A DNA stretch of 64,000 nt from positions 128,001 through 192,000 of the forward strand of contig CAVZMH010000015.1 in assembly GCA_963776345.1 (NCBI GenBank), given 5' to 3'. This document shows, piece after piece, positions 1 to 9,603 of the stretch (its first letter is position 1; each line of letters begins with the position of its first letter). A model generated the notes under the pieces. The model was not told where the DNA came from. It saw only the letters and a program-made list of their open reading frames with translations, and searched no databases. The translations under genes and the position numbers were made by a program. The stretch comes from an uncultured delta proteobacterium (GTDB lineage: Bacteria; Myxococcota; Myxococcia; Myxococcales; Myxococcaceae).

Positions 1-1181
1 GGCGCGAGCCGAAGCCTGGCGAACGCCGGCCGCAGCCCATCCATGGTGTCGCCGCCGAGCGCCTCGAGCAGCGCGTCCGCCAGGGCGAGCGACAGGACGG
101 CCTCGGTCACCACGCCCGCGGCGGGCACCGCGCAGGTGTCGCTCCGCTCGACGTGGGCCGGGACCAGCTCCAGCGAGCCCAGGTGAACCGAGGGCAGCGC
201 CGCCGGGACGGTGGCGATGGGCTTCATCACCGCCCGGAGCACCACCGGCTCGCCGTTGGTGATTCCGCCCTCGAGCCCGCCCGCGTGGTTGCTGGTCCGC
301 CCGAGCCGGTCGGCCTCCAGGACGATGGGGTCGTGCGTCTCGCTGCCGTACGCGCGGCCACCCCGGATGCCGTCGCCGATCTCCACCGCCTTGATGGCCT
401 GGATGGAGAGGAGCGCGCCGCCGAGCCGCCCGTCGAGCTTCCGGTCCGCCTGCACGTGCGAGCCGAGCCCGGGCGGCACGCCGGTGGCCACCACCTCGAT
501 GACCCCGCCGATGGTGTCGCGCCGGCGCTGGGCCTCCCGGATGGCCTCCACCAGGCGCTCGGAGCCGGCGGCGGTCAGCGCGCGGGTCTCGGTCTCGTCG
601 GCCCGGAGGGCGAGCGCCTCGGCATCCTCGCGCAGCAGCTCGGGCGCGACATCCGCGGCGGCGTCGGCCTCGGCGGGACCGATGCTCCGCACGTAGCTCC
701 CCACCTGGATGCCCAGCTCGCGGAGGAGCGCCCGGGCCGCGGCGCCCAGCGCCACCCGCATCGCCGTCTCGCGCGCCGAGGCTCGCTCCAGGATGTCGCG
801 GAGATCTGCGGTTCGGCCGTACTTCAGCGCCCCGGCGAGGTCGGTGTGCCCGGGCCGCGGCACCTGAACCGGCCGCGGGTCGGGACCGCCCGGGGCCGGG
901 CTCATCCGCTCGGTCCAGTTCTCCCAGTCGCGATTCTCGATCAGCAGCCCCAGCGGCGACCCGAGCGTCTCTCCGAAGCGGACGCCGGCCAGGATCCGCG
1001 CCGCGTCCTGCTCGATGCGCATCCGCCCTCCCCGCCCGTACCCCTTCTGGCGGCGGGCGAGGTCGCGATCGATGAGCGCCGCGGTGAGGGGAAGCCCCGC
1101 CGGCAGTCCCTCCAGGATGCCGAGCAGCGCCGGACCATGGCTCTCGCCGGCGGTGAGCGCCCGGAGCCGCCGGAGCGTCAT
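1..1181 (-). CDS. aroC: Chorismate synthase (3' end runs off the window)
   Basis: Manual translation from ATG at 1181: MTLRRLRALTAGESHGPALLGILEGLPAG..., RPGHTD, ERASARET, NHAGGLEGGITNG, MKPIAT, ERSDTCAVPAA. ATGA overlap with the aroE stop. Confidence 0.95.
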   Translation of the reverse strand, partial: MTLRRLRALTAGESHGPALLGILEGLPAGLPLTAALIDRDLARRQKGYGRGGRMRIEQDAARILAGVRFGETLGSPLGLLIENRDWENWTERMSPAPGGPDPRPVQVPRPGHTDLAGALKYGRTADLRDILERASARETAMRVALGAAARALLRELGIQVGSYVRSIGPAEADAAADVAPELLREDAEALALRADETETRALTAAGSERLVEAIREAQRRRDTIGGVIEVVATGVPPGLGSHVQADRKLDGRLGGALLSIQAIKAVEIGDGIRGGRAYGSETHDPIVLEADRLGRTSNHAGGLEGGITNGEPVVLRAVMKPIATVPAALPSVHLGSLELVPAHVERSDTCAVPAAGVVTEAVLSLALADALLEALGGDTMDGLRPAFARLRLA

Positions 1182-2032
1182 CCGGCCTCCGCCAGGTGCG
1201 CGTGGAGCGCAAGAACCACCGGGGCGCCGACCTCGGCGCCCGTCCAGAGCCGGAGCTGGGCGAGCCCCTGGAAGACCAGCATCCAGAGCCCGTCCACGGT
1301 GCGCGCTCCCGCCTGTTCTGCATCCCGCAGCAGACGCGTCCGCAGCGGGCGGTAGACCATGTCCATGACCGTCAGCTGGTCGTGTAGCACGCAGCCGGGG
1401 GGCAGCGGGGAGTCCTCCGGCGCGTCGAGGCCCACCGAGGTCGCCTGGAGCACGACGTCGACGATCGGGAGCACCGGGGCGAGCGCGTCGGCGGTCAACG
1501 GGACCGCTTCTCCATCGAACGCGCTCGCCAGCTCCAGCGCCCGCGTGGGGTGCCGGTTGGCGATCCACAGCCTGCCCGCGCCCGCCTCCCGCGCCGCGGC
1601 GGCCGCGGCCCTGGCCCCCCCACCTGCGCCGAGCAGCAGGACGCTCGTCCCGGCGAGCGAGACCCCGTGATGGGAGAGCGCCTGGAGCACCCCCTCGACG
1701 TCGGTGTTGTGGGCGGTCAGCCGCCCGTCGCCGCCCCGGACGATGCAGTTCGCCGCCCCGGTGCGCGCGGCCCGCGGGTCGGACCGGTCCGCCAGGACGA
1801 GCGCGTCGTGTTTGTGGGGGATGGTGACCGACAGCCCGTCCCAGCGTCCCGCCCGCGCCTCCTCGAGGACCCCGGCCAACGCCTCGGCGGGCACGCGGAC
1901 GGCCTCGTAGGTCAGGGTGAGCCCGAGGCGCCCTGCGAGCCAGCGGAACATCCGCGGCGAGGCGGAGTGCGCGATCGGATCTCCGATGACTGCGTAGCGC
2001 GGCACGGCCGAGCGAGCCCCCTTTCTCTCCAC
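1178..2032 (-). CDS. aroE: Shikimate dehydrogenase
   Basis: GDPIAHSASP, SVTIPHK, GAAN, NTDVEG, LLGAGGGARA, DMVYRP, GLWMLVFQG motifs. The start may be a few codons downstream (VPRYAVIG). Confidence 0.93.
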   Translation of the reverse strand: MERKGARSAVPRYAVIGDPIAHSASPRMFRWLAGRLGLTLTYEAVRVPAEALAGVLEEARAGRWDGLSVTIPHKHDALVLADRSDPRAARTGAANCIVRGGDGRLTAHNTDVEGVLQALSHHGVSLAGTSVLLLGAGGGARAAAAAAREAGAGRLWIANRHPTRALELASAFDGEAVPLTADALAPVLPIVDVVLQATSVGLDAPEDSPLPPGCVLHDQLTVMDMVYRPLRTRLLRDAEQAGARTVDGLWMLVFQGLAQLRLWTGAEVGAPVVLALHAHLAEAG

Positions 2033-2106
2033 GAGCGGCCTGCCGGGCGCCGCCCCGGGGCGACTGTACCGCCTCGCGGGTCCCGGTCCGTCCTAGCGTC
2101 TCCCGG

Positions 2107-2724
2107 ATGCGCGACCTCGTTCTTTATGGGAACCATGGCTCGGGACACTCCTTCAAGGTCCGGCTCTTCCTGACGCTGGCCGGGATCCCCCACCGCTACG
2201 TCTGGGTCGACCTGGAGCTCCCGCGGCCGGAGCGACCGGAGGAGTTCCGGCGGGTGAGCCAGTTCGGCGAGGTGCCGGTGCTGGTGGTCGACGGCAAGCC
2301 GCAGGCCCAGTCGAACGCCATCCTCCTGCGGCTGGCGCGCGAGACGGGGAAGTTCGGCCCGCCGCCGGGGAGCAGCTGGGAGCAGCTCACGACCTGGCTG
2401 TTCTGGGAGGCCAACCGCATCGGGTTCTCGATGGCCAACCTGCGCTGGCACCACCGGTACGACCTGACCGCGCCAGCCGGGGCGCTCGCCTGGATCGAAT
2501 CCCGGGCGCTGGCGGACATGGATCGGCTGGACCAGGAGCTCACGGGCCGACCCTTCCTCGCCGGGGATGCGCCGAGCATCGCGGACCTCTCGGCCTCGGC
2601 GTACGTCTTCCTCGCGCCGGAGGCCGGGATCGAGCCTGCGCGCTGGCCGCCGGTGGCCGCCTGGCTCGACCGCATCCGCGCGCTCCCGGGCTGGGTCGAG
2701 CAGTACGCGCTGATGGCCCGCTGA
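2107..2724 (+). CDS. Glutathione S-transferase family protein
   Basis: N-terminal SGHSFKV, GEVPVL..DG, QSNAIL, and C-terminal domain FLAGDAPSIADL ... WLDRIRALPG. Confidence 0.9.
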   Translation: MRDLVLYGNHGSGHSFKVRLFLTLAGIPHRYVWVDLELPRPERPEEFRRVSQFGEVPVLVVDGKPQAQSNAILLRLARETGKFGPPPGSSWEQLTTWLFWEANRIGFSMANLRWHHRYDLTAPAGALAWIESRALADMDRLDQELTGRPFLAGDAPSIADLSASAYVFLAPEAGIEPARWPPVAAWLDRIRALPGWVEQYALMAR

Positions 2725-2731
2725 GCCCGCG

Positions 2732-3625
2732 TCAGGCGAAGGTGAACCCCTCGGCCAGGCTGCGGAAGGCCGTCGCCGCCGGGCCGAGGCGCCGCGCCTT
2801 CCACCGGATCCAGGAGAGCGTCCGCCGGAGCGCGAAGTCCTGGACCTCGAGCGTCCTCAGCCGCCCGAGCTGAAGCTCGTCCCGCACCGCCCGGGCGGAG
2901 AGAAGCGCCCAGCCGACGCCGGAGGACACCAGGCCCTTGATCGCCTCGGTGCTGTTCACCTCGAACACGCGCCGGGGGGTCCAGCGGCGGCGGCGGAGCG
3001 CGGAGAGCATCACCTCCCGGGTCCCGGCCCCCTCCTCGCGGAGGAGGAGCAGCTCCTCCATCAGCTGCGGACCGGTCACCCGCCGGGTCCGGGCCAGCGG
3101 ATGACCGGGGGCCACCACCACCACCAGCTCGTCGTCACGCCAGGGCCGGACCTCCAGCCGGCCGTCCTGGACCGGCCCCTCGACCAGTCCCAGCTCCACC
3201 TCGTGCTCCAGCACCGCTCCGATGACGGTGCGGGCATTGGCAGACAGGAGCTGGAGGTCGATGCCGGGGTGGGCCCGGTACAGCTCGCCCAGGACGGGCG
3301 GAAGGAAGTACGCCGCGAGGGTGGTGCTGGCCCCGACCCGGAGCACGCCGCGGCGGAGTCCCCGGAGCGACTCCAGCCGCTCCTCCGCCGCGCGCTCCTC
3401 GGCGAACAGGGCCCGTGCGTGCTCCGCGACGGCCGCGCCCGCCTCGGTGAGCACCACCCCCGACGGGGACCGGACCAGGAGCTGGGCTCCGCTCTGCTGT
3501 TCCAGGAGCCGTACCGCCTTGGAGATCGCCGGCTGGCTCACCCCGGTCATCCGCGCCGCCCGGGAGAAGCCACGGTGGGTGACGACCGCCAGGAAGAGAC
3601 GGAGGGAGTTCAGGTTCAGGGCCAT
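2732..3625 (-). CDS. LysR family transcriptional regulator
   Basis: HTH FSRAA...SQPAISKAVRLLE...LTEAG; substrate-binding domain with GASTT, REEGAGTR, STEAIK. Confidence 0.93.
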   Translation of the reverse strand: MALNLNSLRLFLAVVTHRGFSRAARMTGVSQPAISKAVRLLEQQSGAQLLVRSPSGVVLTEAGAAVAEHARALFAEERAAEERLESLRGLRRGVLRVGASTTLAAYFLPPVLGELYRAHPGIDLQLLSANARTVIGAVLEHEVELGLVEGPVQDGRLEVRPWRDDELVVVVAPGHPLARTRRVTGPQLMEELLLLREEGAGTREVMLSALRRRRWTPRRVFEVNSTEAIKGLVSSGVGWALLSARAVRDELQLGRLRTLEVQDFALRRTLSWIRWKARRLGPAATAFRSLAEGFTFA

Positions 3626-3645
3626 TCCTCGAGGTTATCGAGGAA
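3625..3645. promoter_or_regulatory. Perfect inverted repeat containing a T-N11-A core at the LysR start; candidate autoregulatory operator
   Basis: TTCCTCGA-GGTTA-TCGAGGAA; the core TCGAGGTTATCGA (3629-3641) fits the LysR T-N11-A box. Confidence 0.5.
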
Positions 3646-3678
3646 GGCACCACGATTCTCCAGCTCGCCCGGGGCAGC

Positions 3679-4995
3679 TCAGGAGAGAGCCCCGCTGGCG
3701 CCGCCGAGCGCCGCGAAGAAGCCGGGGTAAGAGATGTCCGCCCACTCGGCGCCCTCGACCTCCGTCTCTCCGTCCGCGACCAGCCCGGCGATGGCGAAGG
3801 ACATCGCGATGCGGTGGTCGTGCGCGGAGTCGATGGCCGCCGCCCGGAGCCGCGTGGGGCCACGCAGCACGAAGCCGTCGTCGAGCTCGTCGATGTCGGC
3901 GCCCATCCCCCGGAGCCCGAGCACCAGCTGCCGGAGCCGGTCGGACTCCTTCACCCGCAGCTCCCGCGCGCCGGTGAGCCGCGTCTCTCCGGTGGCCTGG
4001 CTCGCCACCACCGCCAGGAGCGGCACCTCGTCGAGCAGCGAGGGAACCTCGTCGGGGAGGATCTCGGTGCCGCGGAGGGACTGGCCGCCGCGGACCCGGA
4101 GCGTGGCCACCGGATCGCCGGCGCGGGACGGCTCTGGCTCCAGCTCGACGTGCGCCCCCATGCGCTCGAGCACCGACAGGAAGCCGATCCGCGTGGGATT
4201 CACGTCCACCCCGCGCACCACGACGCTCGCCCCCGGCACGAGCAGGCCCGCCCCGACCCAGAACGCCCCCGAGGACGGGTCGCCGGGCACCTCGAGCACC
4301 CTGGGCAGCACCAGCGGCTGGAGGAGACGGGTGACCACCACCTCGCCGGCCTCCACCCGAACCGGCGCACCCCAGGCGGCGAGCATGCGCTCGGTGTGGT
4401 CGCGCGACGGCTCGGGCTCGCGGACCCGCGTCTCGCCGTCGGCGGCCAGCCCGGCGAGGACCAGCGCGCTCTTCACCTGTGCGCTGGCGATGGGGAGCCG
4501 ATGCGCCATGCCGGTCAGGGTCGGCACGGGCTCGACCCGGAGCGGAGCCCACTCGTCCTCCGGTCCGCCCTGCCCCTCCATCCGCGCGCCCATCGCCCGG
4601 AGCGGCAGGAGCACCCGGCGCATCGGCCGGCGGCGGAGCGAGGCATCACCGTCGAGGGTGCAGGAGATCCGCGCCCCGGCGACCAGCCCGAGCAGGAGCC
4701 GCATCGTCGTCCCGCTGTTCCCGCAGTCCAGCGGACCGGCAGGCGAGAGGAACCCGGCCGGTCCAACGCCGCGCACCACCAGCGGCGCCGCGCCGGCGCC
4801 TCCAGTGATGCTCACCCCCAGCGCGCGGAGACAGGCCGCAGTCGAGCGCACGTCCGCACCCGGCGCGAGGTTGCGGACCTCCATCGGCGCCGCACCCAGC
4901 GCGCCGAAGAGCAGCGCGCGGTGGGAGATGGACTTGTCGCCGGGGGCGAGGACATCCGCCTCCAGGCGCGCCGCACGGCGAACGCGGACCCGCAC
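3679..4995 (-). CDS. aroA: 3-phosphoshikimate 1-carboxyvinyltransferase (EPSP synthase)
   Basis: PGDKSISHRA, DCGNSGTTMR, ASAQVKSA, SRDHTERML, ELRVKESDR, DHRIAM. Confidence 0.97.
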   Translation of the reverse strand: MRVRVRRAARLEADVLAPGDKSISHRALLFGALGAAPMEVRNLAPGADVRSTAACLRALGVSITGGAGAAPLVVRGVGPAGFLSPAGPLDCGNSGTTMRLLLGLVAGARISCTLDGDASLRRRPMRRVLLPLRAMGARMEGQGGPEDEWAPLRVEPVPTLTGMAHRLPIASAQVKSALVLAGLAADGETRVREPEPSRDHTERMLAAWGAPVRVEAGEVVVTRLLQPLVLPRVLEVPGDPSSGAFWVGAGLLVPGASVVVRGVDVNPTRIGFLSVLERMGAHVELEPEPSRAGDPVATLRVRGGQSLRGTEILPDEVPSLLDEVPLLAVVASQATGETRLTGARELRVKESDRLRQLVLGLRGMGADIDELDDGFVLRGPTRLRAAAIDSAHDHRIAMSFAIAGLVADGETEVEGAEWADISYPGFFAALGGASGALS

Positions 4996-4996
4996 G

Positions 4997-6025
4997 TCAG
5001 GCCACGGCCGCCTGCACGGACCGGCCGATCGCCGCCGCCACCGCGCGCACGCCGGTCATGAGGTCCTTGAACTCGGCGAAGGTGAGCGACTGCGCGCCGT
5101 CCGAGAGAGCGCGCGCCGGATCCGGATGGACCTCGATCAGCAGCCCATCCGCTCCCGCCGCGACCGCCGCTCGGGCCACCGCGGCGATGCCGTGGCGGAC
5201 GCCGACGCCGTGCGACGGATCGGCGAAGACCGGAAGATGCGAGAGCCTCTTCAGCATCGGGATGGCGTTGATGTCGAAGGTGTTGCGGGTCATCGTCTCG
5301 AACGTCCGGATGCCACGCTCGCAGAGGACGACCTGGCGGTTGCCGCGGGCCACGATGTACTCCGCGGCCATCAGCAATTCTTTGAGCGTCGCGCTCATGC
5401 CCCGCTTGAGGAGCACCGGTCGCCGCAGCTCGCCCACCGCCTCGAGCAGCGAGAAGTTCTGCATGTTGCGGGCGCCGATCTGCAGCATCTCCGCGCCCTC
5501 GGCGACCATGGCCAGGCTCTCCACGTCCTTGACCTCGGTGACCACCGGCAGTCCGGTCACCGAGCGCGCCTCGCCCAGCAGCTTCAGCCCGTCCGCCTTC
5601 AGCCCCTGGAACTCGTAGGGCGAGGTCCGCGGCTTGAACGCCCCACCTCGCAGCATCCGGGCGCCCTGGGCGCGGACCGCCTCGGCGGTGGCGACGATCT
5701 GCTCGCGGGTCTCGACCGAGCAGGGCCCGGCGGCGACCACCAGCTCGTTCCCGCCGAGGGTCAGCTCCCCCACCTGCACCAGCGTGTCCTCGGGCTTCAC
5801 CTCGCGGCTGACCAGCTTGAAGGGCTGCGAGACCGGGATGGCGTCGGCGACGCCGGGAAGCATCCGGAACGGCTCGGGGTCGACCGCGCCCTTGTTCCCG
5901 GTGATGCCCACCGCGGTGCGCTGGGCGCCGGGGATGACGTGCGGGGTGAAGCCGAGGCTGCGGATGTGCTTCTCGACGGCCTCCTGCTGCTCGGGAGTGA
6001 CGTCTGGCTTGAGGAGGATCAGCAT
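4997..6025 (-). CDS. aroF: DAHP synthase type I-beta with N-terminal ferredoxin-like regulatory domain
   Basis: [51 protein letters not shown]...SDG. Start set at MLILLKP (6025). Confidence 0.95.
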   Translation of the reverse strand: MLILLKPDVTPEQQEAVEKHIRSLGFTPHVIPGAQRTAVGITGNKGAVDPEPFRMLPGVADAIPVSQPFKLVSREVKPEDTLVQVGELTLGGNELVVAAGPCSVETREQIVATAEAVRAQGARMLRGGAFKPRTSPYEFQGLKADGLKLLGEARSVTGLPVVTEVKDVESLAMVAEGAEMLQIGARNMQNFSLLEAVGELRRPVLLKRGMSATLKELLMAAEYIVARGNRQVVLCERGIRTFETMTRNTFDINAIPMLKRLSHLPVFADPSHGVGVRHGIAAVARAAVAAGADGLLIEVHPDPARALSDGAQSLTFAEFKDLMTGVRAVAAAIGRSVQAAVA

Positions 6026-6139
6026 GAGAGGGGGCCCACGCTGCCAGAAGGGCCGCCACCCTCGCAATGCGTCGACCGGACACGGGCCCGGGCCGCAACG
6101 CTGCACGGCGAGCGGTGTCGGACCGCCCCGGCCTGCGGG

Positions 6140-7459
6140 TCAGCGCTCGGCGACGGCCCGCGCCGGCCGGGCCCGCTCGCCGAGGCCGCGGGCGAAGTTC
6201 CCCACCCGGAGCCACGGCGCACCCTGCCGGAGCACGCGGAGCATCCGGGCGATGCCCATGGGCCGTCCCCCGGCACCGCGGTCCCGTGCCACCTCGAGGT
6301 ACTGGAGCGGGTCGATGCACAGGCTCCGGGTCTGCAGCTGGTCCACCCGGTGCCGCCGCACGAGGGCCAGGAGCGCCTCGACCTCGCCCTCCTGGTCGGT
6401 GACGCCCGGGAAGGTCAGGAGGTTGAGCGCCAGGTAAGCCCCGCGCTTGCGGGAGAGCGCGATCGACGCCTCCACGTCCTTCCAGCCGTACCTCTCGGGG
6501 CGGTAGTAGGCCTCGTAGAGGTCGGCCACCGCCGAGTTCAGCGAGACGCGGATGGAGTCCAGCCCGGCGTCGTACAGCGCGCGCAGCCCGGCGGGGAGGC
6601 TGGCGTTGGTGTTGATGTGCAGCGAGCCCGAGCGGGTCTCGGCGCGGATGCGCCGGAGGGCGTCGGCGATGATGCGCCAGCGGGTCAGCGGCTCTCCCTC
6701 GCAGCCCTGGCCGAAGCTCACCATCGCCCGCGGCCCGGCGGAGCGGAGGTGCGCCACCGCGACGCGCGCCAGCTCCTCCGCCGTCGGCCCGTCGTCCATC
6801 CGCGCGTGGGAGGCCGGCGGCCCGTCGTCGGGCTGGTCCGAGATGCAGCCCACGCAGGCCGCGTTGCACATCGTCGAGACCGGGAGCGCGCCCTCGTCCC
6901 GGCCGTAGAAGACGTTCTGGCTGGTGAAGCAGCGATAGACCAGCGCGCAGGTCTCGAGCTGCCGGAGCACGCGGTTCCCCGGGTCGGCGGAGCGCGCGCT
7001 CCGCACCAGAGACGTCAGCTCTGGGGTCGAGAAGCGCTCCGGCTCCCAGTGCGTGCGCCGGTCGGTGCGCAGCGCCCAGGCCACGGGGCCGCCCGGGGCC
7101 CAGCCCGCGGCGGTGTATGCCCACTGCGGGAGCACCGGACCGTCCGCCTTCACTTCGCCGGGGAGGAAGGTGCGCGTCCATCCGGGCGGCACCAGCGCGC
7201 CGACCGCGTGCGGGACGAAGCGCCGCCGCCCCACGTGCACCTCGGACACCAGCACCAGCTCGCCCGTGTCGGGGTCCACGCCCACCGGACGGCGACCGGG
7301 CAGATGGACCAGCCGGCCGCCCTCGGGCAGCGGGACGGGCGGCTCCGGTGGGAGCATCAGCTCGTCTGCCGACCGGACGGTCGCCAGCAGCCGCGGGTGC
7401 TCGAGGACCGTCCCGCCGGGATCGGCGACGAGCAAGGCGGGCATCCGGGGCGGCGTCAT
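6140..7459 (-). CDS. Radical SAM protein of unknown function
   Basis: CNAACVGC (CxxxCxxC), SFGQGCEGEPL, NTNAS, RVSLNS. Start set at MTPPRMP. Confidence 0.85.
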   Translation of the reverse strand: MTPPRMPALLVADPGGTVLEHPRLLATVRSADELMLPPEPPVPLPEGGRLVHLPGRRPVGVDPDTGELVLVSEVHVGRRRFVPHAVGALVPPGWTRTFLPGEVKADGPVLPQWAYTAAGWAPGGPVAWALRTDRRTHWEPERFSTPELTSLVRSARSADPGNRVLRQLETCALVYRCFTSQNVFYGRDEGALPVSTMCNAACVGCISDQPDDGPPASHARMDDGPTAEELARVAVAHLRSAGPRAMVSFGQGCEGEPLTRWRIIADALRRIRAETRSGSLHINTNASLPAGLRALYDAGLDSIRVSLNSAVADLYEAYYRPERYGWKDVEASIALSRKRGAYLALNLLTFPGVTDQEGEVEALLALVRRHRVDQLQTRSLCIDPLQYLEVARDRGAGGRPMGIARMLRVLRQGAPWLRVGNFARGLGERARPARAVAER

Positions 7460-7568
7460 GGCGGACGCCACATAACACCCCGCGTCGGGCTCCGCGGCGC
7501 TTGACCGGGGGGACACCCGTGTGTTCTGGCCCCCCGCGCTTCCCCAACAGCAGCGGAGGGCAGGTCCC

Positions 7569-8693
7569 GTGATCGTCGGCGTCCCCAAGGAGATCAAGGT
7601 TCGCGAGTACCGGGTCGGCATGGTCCCCGGCGCGGTGAAGGCGCTGGTCGATGCCGGGCACCAGGTGCTCGTCGAGTCGGGCGCAGGCGTGGGCTCGGGC
7701 CTGGCCGACGCAGACTACGCGCGCTCCGGTGCGCAGCTCATCTCCTCGGCGGACGAGGTCTGGAAGCGCGCCGAGATGATCGTGAAGGTCAAGGAGCCCA
7801 TCGCGCCCGAGTACGTGCGGATGCAGGACGGGCAGATCGTCTACACCTACTTCCACCTCGCCGGCGTCGACCCGGAGCTCACCAAAGTATTGGTGACGAA
7901 GAAGGTCGCCGCGGTCGCCTACGAGACCATCCAGCTCGACGACGGGAGTCTCCCCCTGCTCCGCCCGATGAGCGAGGTGGCCGGCCGCATGGCCATCCAG
8001 GTCGGCGCGATGTGCCTGGAGAAGGAGCACGGCGGCAAGGGCATCCTCCTCGGCGGCGTGCCGGGCGTGCGGCGGGGTCGCGTGGCCATCCTCGGCGGCG
8101 GCGTGGTCGGCACCAACGCGGCGAAGATCGCCGTCGGCATGGGGGCCGACGTCACCATCCTCGACATCAACCAGAACCAGCTCGCCTACCTCGACGACGT
8201 CTTCCTCGGCCGGGTGGAGGTCCTCTCCTCGGACTCGGAGACCATCGCCCGGGCGGTGCGCGAGGCCGACCTGGTGGTGGGCGGCGTGCTCATCCCCGGC
8301 GGCAAGGCGCCCAAGCTGGTCCGCGAGGACCTCATCCGCGAGATGCTGCCCGGCTCGGTGGTGGTGGACGTCGCCGTCGACCAGGGCGGCTGCATCGAGA
8401 CCTGCCGGCCCACCACCCACGACAACCCCACCTACGTGGTCCACGGGGTCGTCCACTACTGCGTGGCGAACATGCCCGGCGCCGTCCCCCAGACCTCGAC
8501 CTTCGCCCTGACCAACGTCACCCGGCCCTACGCCCGCCGCATCGCGGACCTCGGGCTGGTCGAGGCCGTCCGGCAGGACAAGTCGCTGGCCCGCGGTCTG
8601 AATACCTATGGCGGATCGGTCACTTACGAGGCCGTTGCCCGCGACCTCGGGCACCCGTACGTCCCCCTGGACCAGGCGCTGTCCGGCCGCTGA
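7569..8693 (+). CDS. ald: Alanine dehydrogenase
   Basis: [56 protein letters not shown] start at 7569 after GGAGG. Confidence 0.97.
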   Translation: MIVGVPKEIKVREYRVGMVPGAVKALVDAGHQVLVESGAGVGSGLADADYARSGAQLISSADEVWKRAEMIVKVKEPIAPEYVRMQDGQIVYTYFHLAGVDPELTKVLVTKKVAAVAYETIQLDDGSLPLLRPMSEVAGRMAIQVGAMCLEKEHGGKGILLGGVPGVRRGRVAILGGGVVGTNAAKIAVGMGADVTILDINQNQLAYLDDVFLGRVEVLSSDSETIARAVREADLVVGGVLIPGGKAPKLVREDLIREMLPGSVVVDVAVDQGGCIETCRPTTHDNPTYVVHGVVHYCVANMPGAVPQTSTFALTNVTRPYARRIADLGLVEAVRQDKSLARGLNTYGGSVTYEAVARDLGHPYVPLDQALSGR

Positions 8694-8782
8694 GCCTGGA
8701 TGGGCGGCGCTCCCGCGGGCGTCCCCCTGGTGCAGGGGGCTGCGCCGCCCCCGCTTGCTCGGCTGCTGCACGACCGAAGAGG

Positions 8783-8804
8783 CACCGATTCTGCGCAATC
8801 GGTG
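8783..8804. promoter_or_regulatory. Perfect 8-bp inverted repeat upstream of the ECF sigma gene; candidate operator
   Basis: CACCGATT-CTGCGC-AATCGGTG in the ald/sigma intergenic region; no U-tract follows. Confidence 0.4.
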
Positions 8805-8855
8805 ACGCACTTCGACGTGGGGCGTAATTGAAGAACAACCTTCGCCTGGCCGTCG

Positions 8856-9524
8856 GTGTTGGGCGTCGCCAGGGAGGAGCGGGACTTGGACTTTCGCCAC
8901 AACCACCGGACGAAGCAGGAGTTCGAGGGCCTGGTCCTGGGCCACCTGGACCCGCTCTACTCGGCGGCCCTCCGGCTGACCAAGAACGAGCGCGACGCCG
9001 AGGACCTGGTGCAGGACACCTGCATGCGGGCCTACCGCTTCTTCGACAAGTTCGAGCGCGGCACCAACATCAAGGCCTGGCTCTTCAAGATCCTCACCAA
9101 CACCTTCATCAACCGGTACCGCCGCAAGGTGAAGGAGCGGAACGTCACCGAGGGCTCCGAGCGCGAGGCGGTCCACGAGGCCTTCATCAGCCGGGACGCG
9201 AGCGACTACGCGGCGAACCCCGAGCAGTACATGTTCGACCGGCTCCTCTCGGACGACGTGCTCAAGGCCATCGACGGGCTGCCCATCGACTTCCGCCTGG
9301 TGGTCATCCTCGCGGACCTCCAGGAGTTCTCCTACAAGGAGATCGCGGAGATCCTCGACGTCCCGGTGGGCACGGTCATGAGCAGGCTCTTCCGTGGGCG
9401 GAAGGCGCTCCAGAAATCTCTCCGGGATTACGCGGCCGGTCAGGGTGTTCTCCCCGCGGAGACGCTCGAGGCCCCAGAGGCCCCCGTCGACCTGGGCGCG
9501 TACCGCCGCCGCCGTACGGGCTGA
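8856..9524 (+). CDS. rpoE1: ECF RNA polymerase sigma factor (RpoE1-like)
   Basis: Region 2 DAEDLVQDT...AWLFKIL.N; region 4 [23 protein letters not shown]. Lies between ald and anti-sigma/frzS, as recalled for M. xanthus. Confidence 0.88.
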   Translation: MLGVAREERDLDFRHNHRTKQEFEGLVLGHLDPLYSAALRLTKNERDAEDLVQDTCMRAYRFFDKFERGTNIKAWLFKILTNTFINRYRRKVKERNVTEGSEREAVHEAFISRDASDYAANPEQYMFDRLLSDDVLKAIDGLPIDFRLVVILADLQEFSYKEIAEILDVPVGTVMSRLFRGRKALQKSLRDYAAGQGVLPAETLEAPEAPVDLGAYRRRRTG

Positions 9525-9603
9525 CGGGCCCTTCCAGGTCGGTCGCTGGCCAGATCGGGGATTCCCGGGCTAGACATTTGCCCGAGCCCCGCGGGGCCGC
9601 CCA

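Noticed and set aside
7501..7530. TTGACC as a -35 box for ald
   Set aside because: No acceptable -10 hexamer at 16-18 nt spacing.
3734..9176. Very long ORFs such as 3734..7504 (+), 4812..9176 (-), 29365..33090 (-) and 41130..44114 (+)
   Set aside because: Shadow or alternate-frame ORFs expected at this GC content: Arg/Pro/Gly/Ser-rich and overlapping well-supported genes. Only the 3' parts of some (Yip1, amidohydrolase) are real genes.
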